Positions 28,201 to 43,619 of a stretch of 64,000 nt of DNA are shown piece by piece. Below the pieces are notes generated by a model. That model made no database searches. It was not told the DNA's origin and saw only the letters and a list, made by a program, of their open reading frames with translations. How positions within the stretch are numbered: position 1 is the stretch's first letter; each line of letters begins with the position of its first letter. The DNA lies in the NCBI GenBank assembly GCA_964016885.1, contig OZ024740.1, positions 132,556,001 to 132,620,000 of the forward strand, read 5' to 3'. Made by a program: the position numbers and the translations under genes. This DNA is from Eledone cirrhosa. Its lineage: Eukaryota.

Positions 28201-31170
28201 AGCTTCCAGTAACCCTGTCCTAACCTACCCGTGTTATCTAGGTAGACCGTACAGATCACAAATTTGTGATCTGAATAGGCAACCGTTTTAAAAAGTGGGC
28301 AGCCTACACTATTTCTATCTATTTTCCTAATGATGATTCTGTCTATATACGATCTAGATGAGCCCATTCGTTTGGTCCATGTCTATACTGGCATATTGGA
28401 GAATTAGAGTCGATAACTGTCAGAGAGTTGGAACTGGCTGAGTAGGTGCTTGGGGCTTTTGCACCCGCCTCTCCTATCGGCTACTCCCACACAATCCCAG
28501 CGCGCGTCTAAGATGCCATTCCAGTCCCCCGATAACAGTAAAGGGCGAGACGTACCCAGAAAGGTCTCCAGGCGCCTAAAGAATTTCGGTCGTCCAGCCC
28601 CTGTAGGGGCGTAGACGGGCAGCAGTCTAAAGGCACCAACTTCGCTACTGCTTACATCCAAGACGACCAACTTATCGTCCGGGTCCTGGAATATCGACCT
28701 TACTTCGAGATCCAGTCCTTTCCTAAACAGAACTGCCACCCACCATTCCCGGCCTGATAACAGATGCGAAGATCTGATAGTCGTCGAAAATAGTGGCTAG
28801 TGCGCGCGTGTCGGAAATTCTGGTCTCGCTGACGGCAATCACATGCATTTCCAGCGACCTGAGGTCGTTGAGCAGGCGACCCTGCTTCCAGGGTGATCCC
28901 AGGCCGCGAACATTTAAACTTCCTCATCTTAATATGGCCATGTTGGCAAGCTAAAAGAGAGAGGGAAGGTTTACTTACCTCCCAGGTTCTTGTGAAGGTC
29001 GGGTGGTTCGACTCCATGGTTGGTGAGGTTTCTTTTGGGAACCCCTGTAAAAGTCTCGATGTGGGTTTCACATTCGGGGTTCCCACCTCTTAGGGTAATC
29101 TCTCTCGAATTTCTTTGAAGGAATCGAGTGATATTCGGACCAAAAGCAAATCTTCTGGCACGCAATATGTGCTCATTTCAAAAATCTCCCCTTCTGTTTG
29201 AATGTCCTCGCTTCGTGCTAAAAGCGACATCAGTTTATCGTTGGCCCTTCTGACAAGTACGAGGTTTTTGACATTTTGTTGGTGTGGTTTTATTTCTTTT
29301 CGTTTTGGTGACTGTGGCGGTGATGGTTTTGGTGGTGTTGTTTCGGGTGTGACTGTGTTTTTTGTAGGTGTGGTGTCTGCAATTTCAGGTATTTGTGTGT
29401 TTATTTGTACTTGTGTTTGTTTAGGTTGTTTGTGTTTCGGGGATTGTGGGTGTGGTGTCGATGTTGCTTTTGGTGCTGATGTTATTGGGGAAGTGTTTGC
29501 CTGAGTGGTGTCTGTATTTTTTGTTGTGTATGTTGTGTATGTTTTTGTGTTTTGTTGGGGCTTTTTTTTTGTGAGTTTTCTCTGTTTTTGGGGGCACTTT
29601 GGGGTTTTCCTTCATCTTCGCTGCTGGAAGACAAAGGGTATGTGGCTGTGAGTGTCTCTGTGACTGTGTGTGCGTTTATTGTTCTGTCTATGTGTATAAT
29701 GGGGGGGGGGGTGTTGTAGAGGGAGTGGGAGAGCTTTCCTCGTTTTCTCTTTGGATTGGTTTCGGTGTTAGTGGTGGTGGTGGTCCAGCTGTTTTTGATA
29801 TTGGTGTCCGTGTCTTTGTTGGTGTTGTTTTTGGTGGTGGTGGTGGTGTAGCTTTCCGTGCTGACACTGGCGTTGGCAACAAAGGAGGTTTGCGAACTCC
29901 TGCATTTTTGCGCTGAGGGCAGCAGGCCTGCAGATGCGTTGCTTTCCCGCTGACGAAGCGGTGTGGCTTTCTTCCCTCAGTGATTAGTTGGATTGTTGTC
30001 CCGTCCTGCAGGCGGGCAAAATCCGGGATGTTGTTCATGTCCTCCGGTTTCATTTGGAGAAGAATCTCCAAATCCATTCCGGAGCAGTCTTCTCTCTCTG
30101 TCATTTTGATATCCAGGAGGGTAGTGTCTGTCCTCCGCCTTGATTACGCATCCCAGCAGCCACCATATGTTCATTCCTGGTGGGATGCTGGGAATGCGGA
30201 CCTTTACAGTCCTTTTACCCATGTAGTACGGGTGCATGATAATGCGTTCCGTTCTGCAGGGGGTCACCGAGTGCTTAATAGCAAGGGCCTCGGTTTTGAA
30301 CAGTACCGAGATGGTATCGAACTGTTTGGCTCTTACTTTATACTCTATGTCACTTCCGATGCTCTCCAAAGCAGCCTCGACCTCTGCTTGGCTGGCAAGT
30401 TCCACTTTTCGTGTCTGCACCGAAATGCATCGAAAGTACACCGTCCTCCTTTGCATGGCCGCTATTTCCTCGTCCGGGATGGTCAGGTTTGCCCACGACT
30501 TCTCCCGTTTAATTAGCCTCCACACCTGGGCCAACTGTTCGTCTTTATCGCTAATATCAATATCCAATAAGCGCTTTGTTTTTGCTGCTTCTGCAGCAAA
30601 TGTGGTGCATCTGATGCACTTGCTGTTGGTGTTGTCGTTCTTGCTGTTGTTATTGGTGTTGTTGTTGTTTTGTTTGTTGTTGCTGTTGCCACCGCCATCC
30701 GTATTTACATTGAAGCTGTCGGTGTTAATGTCGTTGTTGCTCTGAGTTGTTGTTGTGGTAGTGGTGGCGGTGGTGGCGGTGGCGGCGGTGGTGGGGTTGA
30801 TGTCGTTTTCAGATGTTGCAGCTGTTAACACAGAAGGTTGTGATGGAAGCTTTTGAGTTTTGCTTTCACGTTCAATAGAGTGGACGACAGGCATGTCTGT
30901 AGCCGTCGTACTTGTGGTGAAATCTACAGTGGCTGCTTTTAAACTTTTGACCTGAACGCTGTTTACCGTTTCAAGGTCGAAAATGTCCATATTCTTTTTT
31001 TTTTTGGGGGGGGGGTTCGGGCTTAAAGCCCGAATATTGAGAGGTTTCCCTCTCTTGAAACCAAGTTGTGTACCTTATGTTTCGTTAACGACAAGAAAAT
31101 ACAAAAAATGATACTTTCAAACAGCTTAAAGTTACGAACCTTTTCCCCCGCAGACTTATACTGTCTTCAC
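25256..31170 (-). mobile_element. Near full-length Tx1/L1-clade LINE, second subfamily, inactivated
   Basis: ORF1 starts at 30990 (degenerate knuckle HRFVSGKATHLQACCP). ORF2 starts at ATG 28941: SGDWNG, AYSDHK, KSPGLDGLP, AYAED. (ATT)n tail. Confidence 0.92.
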
Positions 31171-31199
31171 ACATGTGAGTCCAAATAATAATAATTTAC

Positions 31200-32850
31200 T
31201 TTTTACCTTATTCTTCTTCACCTGTATAATTACCAGAAGAATAGTCCACAAGATTCTACCAGATGCAACTGTCTCCAATTGATCAGGTTGGCCAACGATC
31301 CCATACTCCTGCAGAACCTTCCACAATAATTCTCGTTAAACGCTTTCGTATTCATTTTAGAAATCAACGAGACAAGCACACATCCCTTGGCAATACGTGC
31401 CACAGTGTGAATATTTAGTCATCAGTGCTTCGTCCAGTCTAACATACACTGATCGACGGTTAGATTTGGCAAGACAATATTTCTACATCACTTGCCAAAG
31501 CTTTCTTATACAGAAGGCTTAACAATGGAATACCTGTTTATTTAGAGCAATCTCTCTTGTCTCCCTTTGCGAAAATTGCAATTATCATTCAAAATTGCTA
31601 TTGCTGTAGTGCATTTCCAGAGATCTTGGCCACTCGGAATTTATCAGTCAGCCAGAGAAATACCTTCTATATGTAAGCCTTTTAAAATATCGGGTTGAAT
31701 TTCATCATTGGCAGATGCTTTACCACATTTCAGCTCTTTAGATACTCAGATTATCACAGGTTCTGCCTTAGGCCTTGCCCCTATATGCGAATTATGTACA
31801 TCATATGTTGCTGTTGTGCCATGATGTAAGTGATCAACTTAACGCTAAGGCCTCATGTCTTATCATTTAACGCGTTACTATCTCTACTACGGCTCTTTGC
31901 GAATGCTTGCATTGTGAGTGCAAGAAGGAAGACTTGCTTCCAATCCAATATTTGTAAGCCTGCTTCATTCCTCAGATGACATTTTTAACGTCTTAATTGA
32001 ACCCGTGGATCTCATGCCACCCAGCGTCATACCGAGCCACTTTTACCCGCATCATTTAATATATGAAGCAGCAAATATCGCGGTGAACTCCCTCCACTTA
32101 CTTTCAACGTCGTTAATATTTTAAGATCGTTCTCTGAATGTAGATGCAATAGTATCTACAGACCTGGTCCATATCTCTTCATCAGCCGGCGCTTCCTATT
32201 TTATCGTGTAGGTCAAACTGGATCTGCCAGATTTGTGTGCTTCCTTGATTTTAGATGCTCGGGGGCTGCAGAGGTGTTCCCATATAGGGCGCGTCACCAG
32301 ATTCGGATATGAAGTCTGGCGAATAAGCAAACTTAGATTAAAAAGCTGCTTTCGGGGGATGGAGCAATTGGTGGGAGCATTAGCTCTCAACAAAATACTC
32401 ACAACCAATCGATATAATTACGACGAAGTGATTAAAGACCGTCTATAAAACCGTCTAGGCGTTGGGGTTTTGAGAGAATTAACAAATTGATGACTGTCGC
32501 AAATAAGAACACCCAAAATTGCTGTATGGTCAAATGCAATAAAAATGCTCATATGGCATCATCTTTCAACAGAGTAGCAAGGGACGCGTTCAGGTATTAG
32601 AAAGAAGCCCTCGTTCAAACAATATATTACAGACTCCATCGACTTCTAAAACAGTTTGCTATGGGCATGTGACATGACCTCCGATATGTGGGATGGACGC
32701 ACAAAGTTTGTGAATCATTAGAAACCAAAGAGGGTCAAGAAGATATCAACGTTTAACAATTGACAACTGCATGTTTACCACACTTACAAGTAATTTGCAG
32801 GAAGTCGTACTGGCGAAGGACAGATGTACCGTCTAAACATTGAAAAGGTT
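31200..32850 (-). mobile_element. Old, decayed APE-RT LINE relic (RTE-like)
   Basis: Manual minus-strand fragments: LKCGKASANDEIQPDILK, KGDKRDCS..GIPLLS, RSTDD..F, LWKVL. Confidence 0.55.
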
Positions 32851-33760
32851 TCTTTTAAATTCCGGCATCCTGCTATCATAGATTAAGATATATGATGGTA
32901 AATTCACTATATAATTAATATAGAAATGACTTCAACAGGACTATATTAATTATTGATACTCTGCTATTGAGTACTTTACTTACTGTGGTTACCCCTATTG
33001 AATCAGGGATACACAACACACACACATATATATATATCAAAATGAAAATCCGAAGGCAAGGTAAAATTTCCAATCATTTTAATCACGACACATGTTTCAA
33101 TAAGAGATAGATCGATCGTGAAGCCATCATCAATTATCACTGATCTCATCAGCTGAAAATGAACTGACTTCAAATTCTTGATATGAGGGAGAAAATTAGC
33201 AATGTTCACTAACATAGTTTATTCCCTCATATGAACATCAAGCAGTCAAAATGCGGCGGCTGCTATCGACTTCAGTTAAGGTCATAACACTATCAAATTT
33301 CTATATTCCAGTAGCTGCAAAACACGCTGGACATCAATCAAATCTGTAGATATACGTCGGTCACAGTTAATGTGAGTGGGTACACACACACACACTCAAC
33401 ACCCACACACCCCGACTCAAGGTCAAAGAAAAAAGAAAAAAGTATATATATAAATATATATGAACACATCAACACAGCATCACATCTATCGAACTATAGA
33501 CGGTAACAATTACATAAGCGATGTCAAAGAAAAAACAATAAATATAAGAATACCAACATAGCATTCACCGAAAGTTATTTTACATTGGTTAAATCTCAAT
33601 TTGACGATGCAAATTGGAAATATTGGGTCAACTACAGCTCCATAACACACACATACACACGAAAGCAAGAAAATCAAGTTCAGTGTTCTGCTATACGTGT
33701 GTATATTGAATTGTAACATCCATACCTCCAAATAGTGTATGTTATGGTATATACACATCC

Positions 33761-34619
<859 letters not shown>

Positions 34620-34721
34620 AATGAAGTAATTCCATCGGAAAAGTCCAGGAAAAAAGAGTGCTCTATGTAAGCAACAGAGCTTAATTATTATTATTATGTA
34701 ATAAACAACATAAGGCAATTA

Positions 34722-34781
34722 TTCCATTTACCAGTGGTTTCTTAAAAGCAAAAGGTTTTGCTTTCAATCCTCAGAATGAAA
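34722..34781 (-). ncRNA. Type I hammerhead ribozyme (canonical core, GUA site)
   Basis: Reverse complement of 39955-40014. Confidence 0.85.
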
Positions 34782-34990
34782 AATCCTGGTTTGTTTATTG
34801 AATATGGATTCTAAAAACGAAAATGCAATCTATATGAAAGTGAGGCTGGAAAAGGGAGAAGGAAAGGAAAAATAAAATAAAATAAAACTACACATGCAAA
34901 CACACACAAAAAAACCCAAAAGCATACTTACACACACACACATATATACACATATAATTTGCACGCATACACACATACACATACACATAC

Positions 34991-35059
<69 letters not shown>

Positions 35060-35160
35060 CACATACATACACATATATATATATAAAGAGCGTACACCTA
35101 CACACACATACACATATATATACACACATATACACATACATATATTCATACATACACACG

Positions 35161-35196
<36 letters not shown>

Positions 35197-35218
35197 TATA
35201 CATACACATGTACATATC

Positions 35219-35260
<42 letters not shown>

Positions 35261-35707
35261 CATATACACACACATACACATATACATACACACACACACA
35301 CATGTGTGTGTACAAGCCTACACATACACACACACATATATATACACACACATATACATACATTCACACAAACATACAACGTACATACATACATACACAT
35401 ACATGAATGCACTCCACTACATATTAACACACGCAAATAAATATAAGAAAAAAATATATATAAATAATATTAACAAATATTTGACAGCGATACATGCCCC
35501 AGCTAACAGGACAGACACGCGTGGTAAGTAATACACACATAAGCGCATATACATACGTTCGAAATAGTAAACACATACACACACTCTCACACATAAATAT
35601 ACATATACAAATGCATAAACACGTACATACACATACATACGCAAACACGTACACGTATACAATATAAACACACACATGTATATGTAATTATATACACACA
35701 CACACAC

Positions 35708-35754
<47 letters not shown>

Positions 35755-36210
35755 CAAAATATAAAAATATAAACGCACACACACATATAAATACGTAAAC
35801 ACACATATACATACATAGCTAAACAATTATACACATGCAAATACGTATATATCAAAAGAACGCACAACCAAATACAAACACACACACATATATACACACA
35901 CACACACCCACACACAAACCCACACATACATAAAAATAAATAAAAACACACGCAACATATACATACATACACATACATATACATATATACATATATACAT
36001 ATACATATATATATATACACATACATATACACAAATATATACATATATATATATATATACACACATACACGTACACATACACACATGCATACACATACAC
36101 ACACACATATACATGTGTGTATGTGTAAAGCTCAGTATTAGATAAGACAAATGAACCTTACATAAACGTATATATAGTAGTAAAGTAATAAAGCCATACA
36201 AGGCAATTAA

Positions 36211-36268
36211 TCCATTCACCAGAGGTTTCTTAAAAGCAAAAAAAGTTTCCTTCAATCTTCAGAATGAA
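36211..36268 (-). ncRNA. Hammerhead paralogue with non-cleavable GUG triplet
   Basis: ttcatt-CTGAAGA-ttgaagg...cttttaa-GAAA-cctctgg-TG-aatgga. Confidence 0.65.
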
Positions 36269-36661
36269 ATATACAAATATATACACACATACAGACACGC
36301 ACACACACATATATATATATACATATATATATATATATGTACATATATATATATATATCTATACAGACATATATACATACACACATATACACACACATAC
36401 ATATACATACATACATACACATATATATACATACACAAACATACACGTACACATATACATATATACACACAAAAATACATACACATACACATAGGTATGT
36501 GAAGGGCAAAACAAAAAGAATATATGGGGTGGGGGGCCTAGAGGAGGTAAAAATATAAAGGGAGGTAAGGGAGAAAAAAATATTTTTTAAAAAAACAAGA
36601 GTACAGAAGGTAGAAGCAGCAAAATAAAAGCCGTAGCAAAAGTAAAGAGCAGAGAAGGAGT

Positions 36662-38516
36662 TCAAGGCGGTTGATTTATCGTAGGAGTGTCAATCCAGTT
36701 ACAGATCAGATGCGATTTCAGATGAGGACAGCATCTGAAGATCTCAGTCTTAGAGTTAAGGCAAGCGGAAGTGTCTCTCAAGTTTAGCAAAATCCTATAC
36801 TTTTCTGTGGTACACAAAGAACAATTCTTTGTGCCCCTTTGGTACTCCCTCGAATGGTCTAATATAGACCAATCAATAGAGTACGGGATATTACTATCCT
36901 TGAGATCCCATACCTTACTTGCGAGGGCCGTTGATGTTCGTTTATCTGAGTGTTTAAAAGAAGCGACATGTGAGTAAAATCTGGTTTTAAACCTGTCCTG
37001 GGTCATACCGACATATCGCTCGCTTCTGGCTGGCTGGTTGTTGATAACTGGCGTTATTTTAGCCTCATAAACGACAGATTTTGTTTTACATTTACCCTGC
37101 AATGGGCATTCATCCGGCTTCCTGCAACTGCATCCTGGATTTATCCTCGTACGGTTTGAACTGGTGATTTTGGATTTCATGGATGGACAACATGAGTAGC
37201 TGATCTTAACTACATTCCTATTAAAAATCTTATAATATCTATGAATAGGAGGAAAATGTTTGTCTAATAGATCAAGGAATTTCCTTCCTACATTAGTTTT
37301 GACATTTAGAGAGAAGGGGGGTGTGAACCAAATAATCTTCCTTTTCCTGTTATTATGGTTAGTTTTAGGGGGGGGAAATAGGTAAATAAGAAATATTTTC
37401 TGTAAAACCGCTGTTCTTAAGGGCTTTATTATAATAAGGGGCGGCTTTATTAAAAATGTCTATAGACGAAGATAAAGTAGAAATCCTACGGCTAATGTTA
37501 GGAATAAGATTATTAAAAACTATAGGGGGATGGCAAGACTCTTTGTGTATATACCTAAGATTTTCATTAGGTTTATGATAGGGTTTAAAAGAGGCAGTAA
37601 GTAGATCAAGATTAATATCAAGAAAGTTAGCATTAGTAAGGTTCGTATCTATAGTAATTTTAAGGTTAAGATTAGCAAAGGTACTAATTAAATCTTTACG
37701 GAATTTATCAAGATTATGGCCATTGGTGGTATGAGAAACTGCTAATCCGTCATCACGGTATAAACCGATATTATGGGACGGAAATTTCTCTTTGAGTGTG
37801 TGGAGAAGGAATAATCCTACTAAGTCGCACACATCCGCACTGTCATAAGAACCCATTGCAACATCGAAAGAGTTTTCAGGGTTTGACTTATTAACCCAAA
37901 TCTTATCATTAGTAAAAAGTAAAGTTTTTCTGGCATGAAAGATAATGTCCTCTTCTAATTTGGAGATATTAATGAAGGGTCTTGCAAAATCTAAGGCTTT
38001 AGTTAATAAGGAAACGGTAATAGAAGGGTAAAAATCGACAATATCAAATTGCGTAAATCTACACTTATTTTTACCTTGTATATTATTGAACCAAGAAATA
38101 ACAGAGGAAGTTTTTAGCCACTGTGAAAGGACAGTGTTAGTTCTAATTTGGATAATTATTTTTCTTAAGATTTTCTTACTAGCAAGGCCAACCTCGGATT
38201 TAGCCGGGTTAATCAGTCTACAACTAGGTCGATTAGTAAAGTCCAATTTATGGTCTTTAAGGGTAATATATGCTTTACGCTTAGCTAAGCTTTCAATCCG
38301 GTTATCTATTTGTAAAGAACTAGCTAGTTCTTTAGCTTCTTTATTGATAGTATTGTAGCTATTATTATTAGTTAATTGATATTTATTGGTAATACTATTA
38401 GTTAAAAGTTGGTTATACAAATTACTATTAACTTCAAAGAGGTTTTTGGTTTTATCAGAAAGAACAAAAGTGTTTGTAGAATTTCTAAAATTAGAGATAT
38501 CGTGAGAAAGTTTAGT
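36662..38516 (-). pseudogene. PLE RT + GIY-YIG ORF, 5'-truncated, single frameshift at a G8 run (37368-37375)
   Basis: RLINPAKSE, FDIVDFYPSI, MGSYDSA, LYRDDGL, NFLDI, SCHPP. After removing one C: KIIWFTPPFS...CSCRKPDECPLQGKC...VYEA...YVG...CSLC...LN..E...CPH. Confidence 0.9.
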
Positions 38517-38997
38517 TTTTAAGAAACCTCTGGTGAATGGATTAATTGCCTTGTATGGCTTTATTACTTTACTACTATATATACGTTTATGTAAGGTTCA
38601 TTTGTCTTATCTAATACTGAGCTTTACACATACACACATGTATATGTGTGTGTGTATGTGTATGCATGTGTGTATGTGTACGTGTATGTGTGTATATATA
38701 TATATATATGTATATATTTGTGTATATGTATGTGTATATATATATATGTATATGTATATATGTATATATGTATATGTATGTGTATGTATGTATATGTTGC
38801 GTGTGTTTTTATTTATTTTTATGTATGTGTGGGTTTGTGTGTGGGTGTGTGTGTGTGTATATATGTGTGTGTGTTTGTATTTGGTTGTGCGTTCTTTTGA
38901 TATATACGTATTTGCATGTGTATAATTGTTTAGCTATGTATGTATATGTGTGTTTACGTATTTATATGTGTGTGTGCGTTTATATTTTTATATTTTG

Positions 38998-39044
<47 letters not shown>

Positions 39045-39491
39045 GTGTGTGTGTGTGTATATAATTACATATACATGTGTGTGTTTATATTGTATACGTG
39101 TACGTGTTTGCGTATGTATGTGTATGTACGTGTTTATGCATTTGTATATGTATATTTATGTGTGAGAGTGTGTGTATGTGTTTACTATTTCGAACGTATG
39201 TATATGCGCTTATGTGTGTATTACTTACCACGCGTGTCTGTCCTGTTAGCTGGGGCATGTATCGCTGTCAAATATTTGTTAATATTATTTATATATATTT
39301 TTTTCTTATATTTATTTGCGTGTGTTAATATGTAGTGGAGTGCATTCATGTATGTGTATGTATGTATGTACGTTGTATGTTTGTGTGAATGTATGTATAT
39401 GTGTGTGTATATATATGTGTGTGTGTATGTGTAGGCTTGTACACACACATGTGTGTGTGTGTGTATGTATATGTGTATGTGTGTGTATATG

Positions 39492-39533
<42 letters not shown>

Positions 39534-39555
39534 GATATGTACATGTGTATGTATA

Positions 39556-39591
<36 letters not shown>

Positions 39592-39692
39592 CGTGTGTAT
39601 GTATGAATATATGTATGTGTATATGTGTGTATATATATGTGTATGTGTGTGTAGGTGTACGCTCTTTATATATATATATGTGTATGTATGTG

Positions 39693-39745
<53 letters not shown>

Positions 39746-39954
39746 GTATGTGTATGTGTATGTGTGTATGCGTGCAAATTATATGTGTATATATGTGTGT
39801 GTGTGTAAGTATGCTTTTGGGTTTTTTTGTGTGTGTTTGCATGTGTAGTTTTATTTTATTTTATTTTTCCTTTCCTTCTCCCTTTTCCAGCCTCACTTTC
39901 ATATAGATTGCATTTTCGTTTTTAGAATCCATATTCAATAAACAAACCAGGATT

Positions 39955-40014
39955 TTTCATTCTGAGGATTGAAAGCAAAACCTTTTGCTTTTAAGAAACC
40001 ACTGGTAAATGGAA
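39955..40014 (+). ncRNA. Type I hammerhead ribozyme (canonical core, GUA site)
   Basis: ttcatt-CTGAGGA-ttgaaagcaaaa cc ttttgcttttaa-GAAA-ccactgg-TA-aatgga. Long stem II. Confidence 0.85.
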
Positions 40015-40151
40015 TAATTGCCTTATGTTGTTTATTACATAATAATAATATATATATATATATACATATATATACATATATATATATACATATATATACA
40101 TATATATATATACATATGTATATATACATATATATACATATATATATATAC

Positions 40152-40234
<83 letters not shown>

Positions 40235-40235
40235 C

Positions 40236-40298
<63 letters not shown>

Positions 40299-40317
40299 CA
40301 TATATATATGTATATAC

Positions 40318-40348
<31 letters not shown>

Positions 40349-40349
40349 C

Positions 40350-40412
<63 letters not shown>

Positions 40413-40623
40413 AACGATAGTTATAGCTCTGATTTATCTGAATTATTGAGCCCTCTGCCACTTATGTCGAATTTGTTTATCGTGAACTCGTGAACCGATT
40501 TTTCGATACTCGATTATTCTACTATATATATATATATACATATATATTTATATACATATATATACATATATACATATATATATATATACATATATACATA
40601 TATATACATATATACATATATAC

Positions 40624-40682
<59 letters not shown>

Positions 40683-40716
40683 CATATACATACATATACA
40701 TACATATACATATCTG

Positions 40717-41176
<460 letters not shown>

Positions 41177-41177
41177 G

Positions 41178-41505
41178 ATTGAAAAACTGAAGAATAACAT
41201 GGTCCACGGTACAAAAAAGGGATTTATTTACAGTCTGTCAATTGTTTCACTGATTAAGTTGTCTAAAAATTGGTGAAAGTTGAAACAGTGCCACTCAGTT
41301 TCAAATACGATGTTAACTTAACCCGATACACGGAGATGACAGTTAAACCCGATAATCTGGTTAAGCTAACATCGTATTTGAAGTTGAGTGGCACTGTTTC
41401 AAGTGTTCAGCAATTTGTAGAAAACTTAATCAGTGAAAAAATTGTCAGACTGTAAATAAATCCCTTATTTGTAGTGTGGAACATGTTCTTCTTCACTTTT
41501 TCAAT
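41178..41505. repeat. Imperfect ~150-bp inverted repeat (foldback PLE-derived element)
   Basis: Arms 41178-41326 and 41355-41505. The element follows (TA)n and retains a GAAAC-AATT-GTC-like remnant. Confidence 0.8.
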
Positions 41506-41702
41506 TTTATTACTCCAAGATAAACTTACATAGGAATACAAGTGAAATCATAAACTCGCCAACTACGTAAACTTCTTGTTGAGTCACACAACGCCGTACG
41601 CTAAAACTATCCATAATAAAAAGTATTCACAACCTCTAACTGGATTACCTATAACGATATTCTGTTGTCCCTTGTATATATAATTATATATATATGAACG
41701 TG

Positions 41703-41747
<45 letters not shown>

Positions 41748-42202
41748 TGAAATAAAAATGAAAGACCCCCTTCCGCCACGAATGTATAGGGGTTTTGCTC
41801 ATAGAAATTTACCTCCAAGTCAAGAGTCCACACATGGTGTTTTTCAGGAAGACCAGCAGTCACCTATTCATGAATGTCTCGTTTCTTACGCTAGTTGCGT
41901 TGTATGTATAATGAAAATAGAATTAGATGTTTTTATCGTAAATTATCTATTAAGAAATAATCTAATATTTGGGCATATGAACCCATATAACAGAAACATT
42001 TTACATTAACTTACTGGGAATCGAAACTACAATGCTTCTCTACAAACATACCCGTTTGGGGTTTGATTCTTACGCAAGCTAATCCTTATTTATTTCCGTT
42101 ACAAGCGTTAATATTCCAGAATGTTAGAATATATTCATTTTACGGTGAGAAATTGTAATTCTGTCCACACACGCACATATGTGTGTATGTGTGATTATAC
42201 AT

Positions 42203-42960
42203 ACACGAGGTCTGTCAGAAGGGAGACAGGTCTGTATTGGCAAAACAAATGTTTCAAAAGGTTTACCCTTCGAAACAAAGCTTCCTGTGTCTAGCGTAAT
42301 TTCCCATCGTTCTCCGCCACGCCTCTATACAATAATACAAAGGTTCTCCCAGGATTCTCCACAGCTCGATCGACACGGTGCTCTTATCGTTTCCACGCCT
42401 GAAAAACGTATCCGCTTGAACAGTATCTTAAGCTAGGAAAAAAGCAAGATTTCTGGTTCGGCTTAAAGGCACTTGAGAATGTTCTAAGAAACCTACATGT
42501 GTTTCTCTTTCTGGTCATCGTACATCAGCTTTGGCACCATCTTTGCTCGGATCTTCCACATTCTCAACGAAATTTTCGGTGATAATCTTCCAAACGCTGT
42601 CACGGTTCATGCTCAACTCACATGCGATCAGTTGTACGGTCAGCCGAGGATCACCACTCACAACCTTACTTAAGCGCTCAACGTCCACCATAGTCGTTCT
42701 CCCTTGTCTTCCAGATCCTACCGTCCAACTTTGAACCTTTTGTGCCGAAATCATATGACCGTGTCAACTTCTCATCTCCGTACAGTTACATCAGAAATCC
42801 GCCTATTTCTGACTGTGTCTTTTCCAGTCATGTTAGTTTGTTACGCTATATAAATTGAGAAAGATAGAGGGAGAAAATCCGTGGCATCAAGTGGTTTCTT
42901 ATAGAGACATTTCTTATAAAGGGTGATAACTGTTTCATTCGAAATAAATTATCAGAAATT
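42203..42960 (-). mobile_element. Internally deleted mariner (Tc1/mariner) transposon relic
   Basis: ORF 42515-42754: SGR..T...V..DPRLTVQLIACELSMNRDSVWKII (HTH). TIR-like cacgaggtctgtca after TA. Confidence 0.75.
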
Positions 42961-43035
42961 TTCTGGTAATTTCGTAGGAATTACCACTTCTGTTCCTGTA
43001 AAATTAATTTATATATAAGATAAATATGGTCATTT

Positions 43036-43370
43036 TAAAGGCTCCACTCGGTCATGAATGGCCATGGTTTTTCATCTAGAAAATTTCCCTCCGTGGCACA
43101 AGCCTGGGCAAGGTTCGTTTTTTGGAGAACAGTACTCGCCCATGCATACCAGTCTCCTCTCTTCACGCCAACGAGGTTATCCAAGGGAAAGACAATGACT
43201 GATGCAGCTTTGCACCAGTGACGTCGCAACGCATTTTTACTGGTGAGTAAACTGAAGCAACGTAAAGTAAGGTGTTTTGCTCAAGGACACACCGCATCAC
43301 CCGGTCCAAGAATAGCAATCACTTCTCAATTGAAAGAACAATGCTCTAACCACTAAGCCATGCACCTTCA
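43036..43370 (-). mobile_element. tRNA-derived CORE-like SINE
   Basis: Minus strand: tggcttagtggttagagca (box A-like) ... gtgtccttgagcaaaacacctta. A decayed tail copy lies at about 41760-41880. Confidence 0.7.
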
Positions 43371-43410
43371 TATATACATAAATACAGACACACACTCACG
43401 CACACACACA

Positions 43411-43549
<139 letters not shown>

Positions 43550-43550
43550 T

Positions 43551-43619
<69 letters not shown>

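Larger units (their letters stand above)
34615..40050 (-). mobile_element. Penelope-like element with ~1.5-kb inverted pLTR arms (34686-36234 / 38517-40050)
   Basis: The RT-GIY-YIG coding region lies between near-identical inverted arms. The element is embedded in TA microsatellite. Confidence 0.93.
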
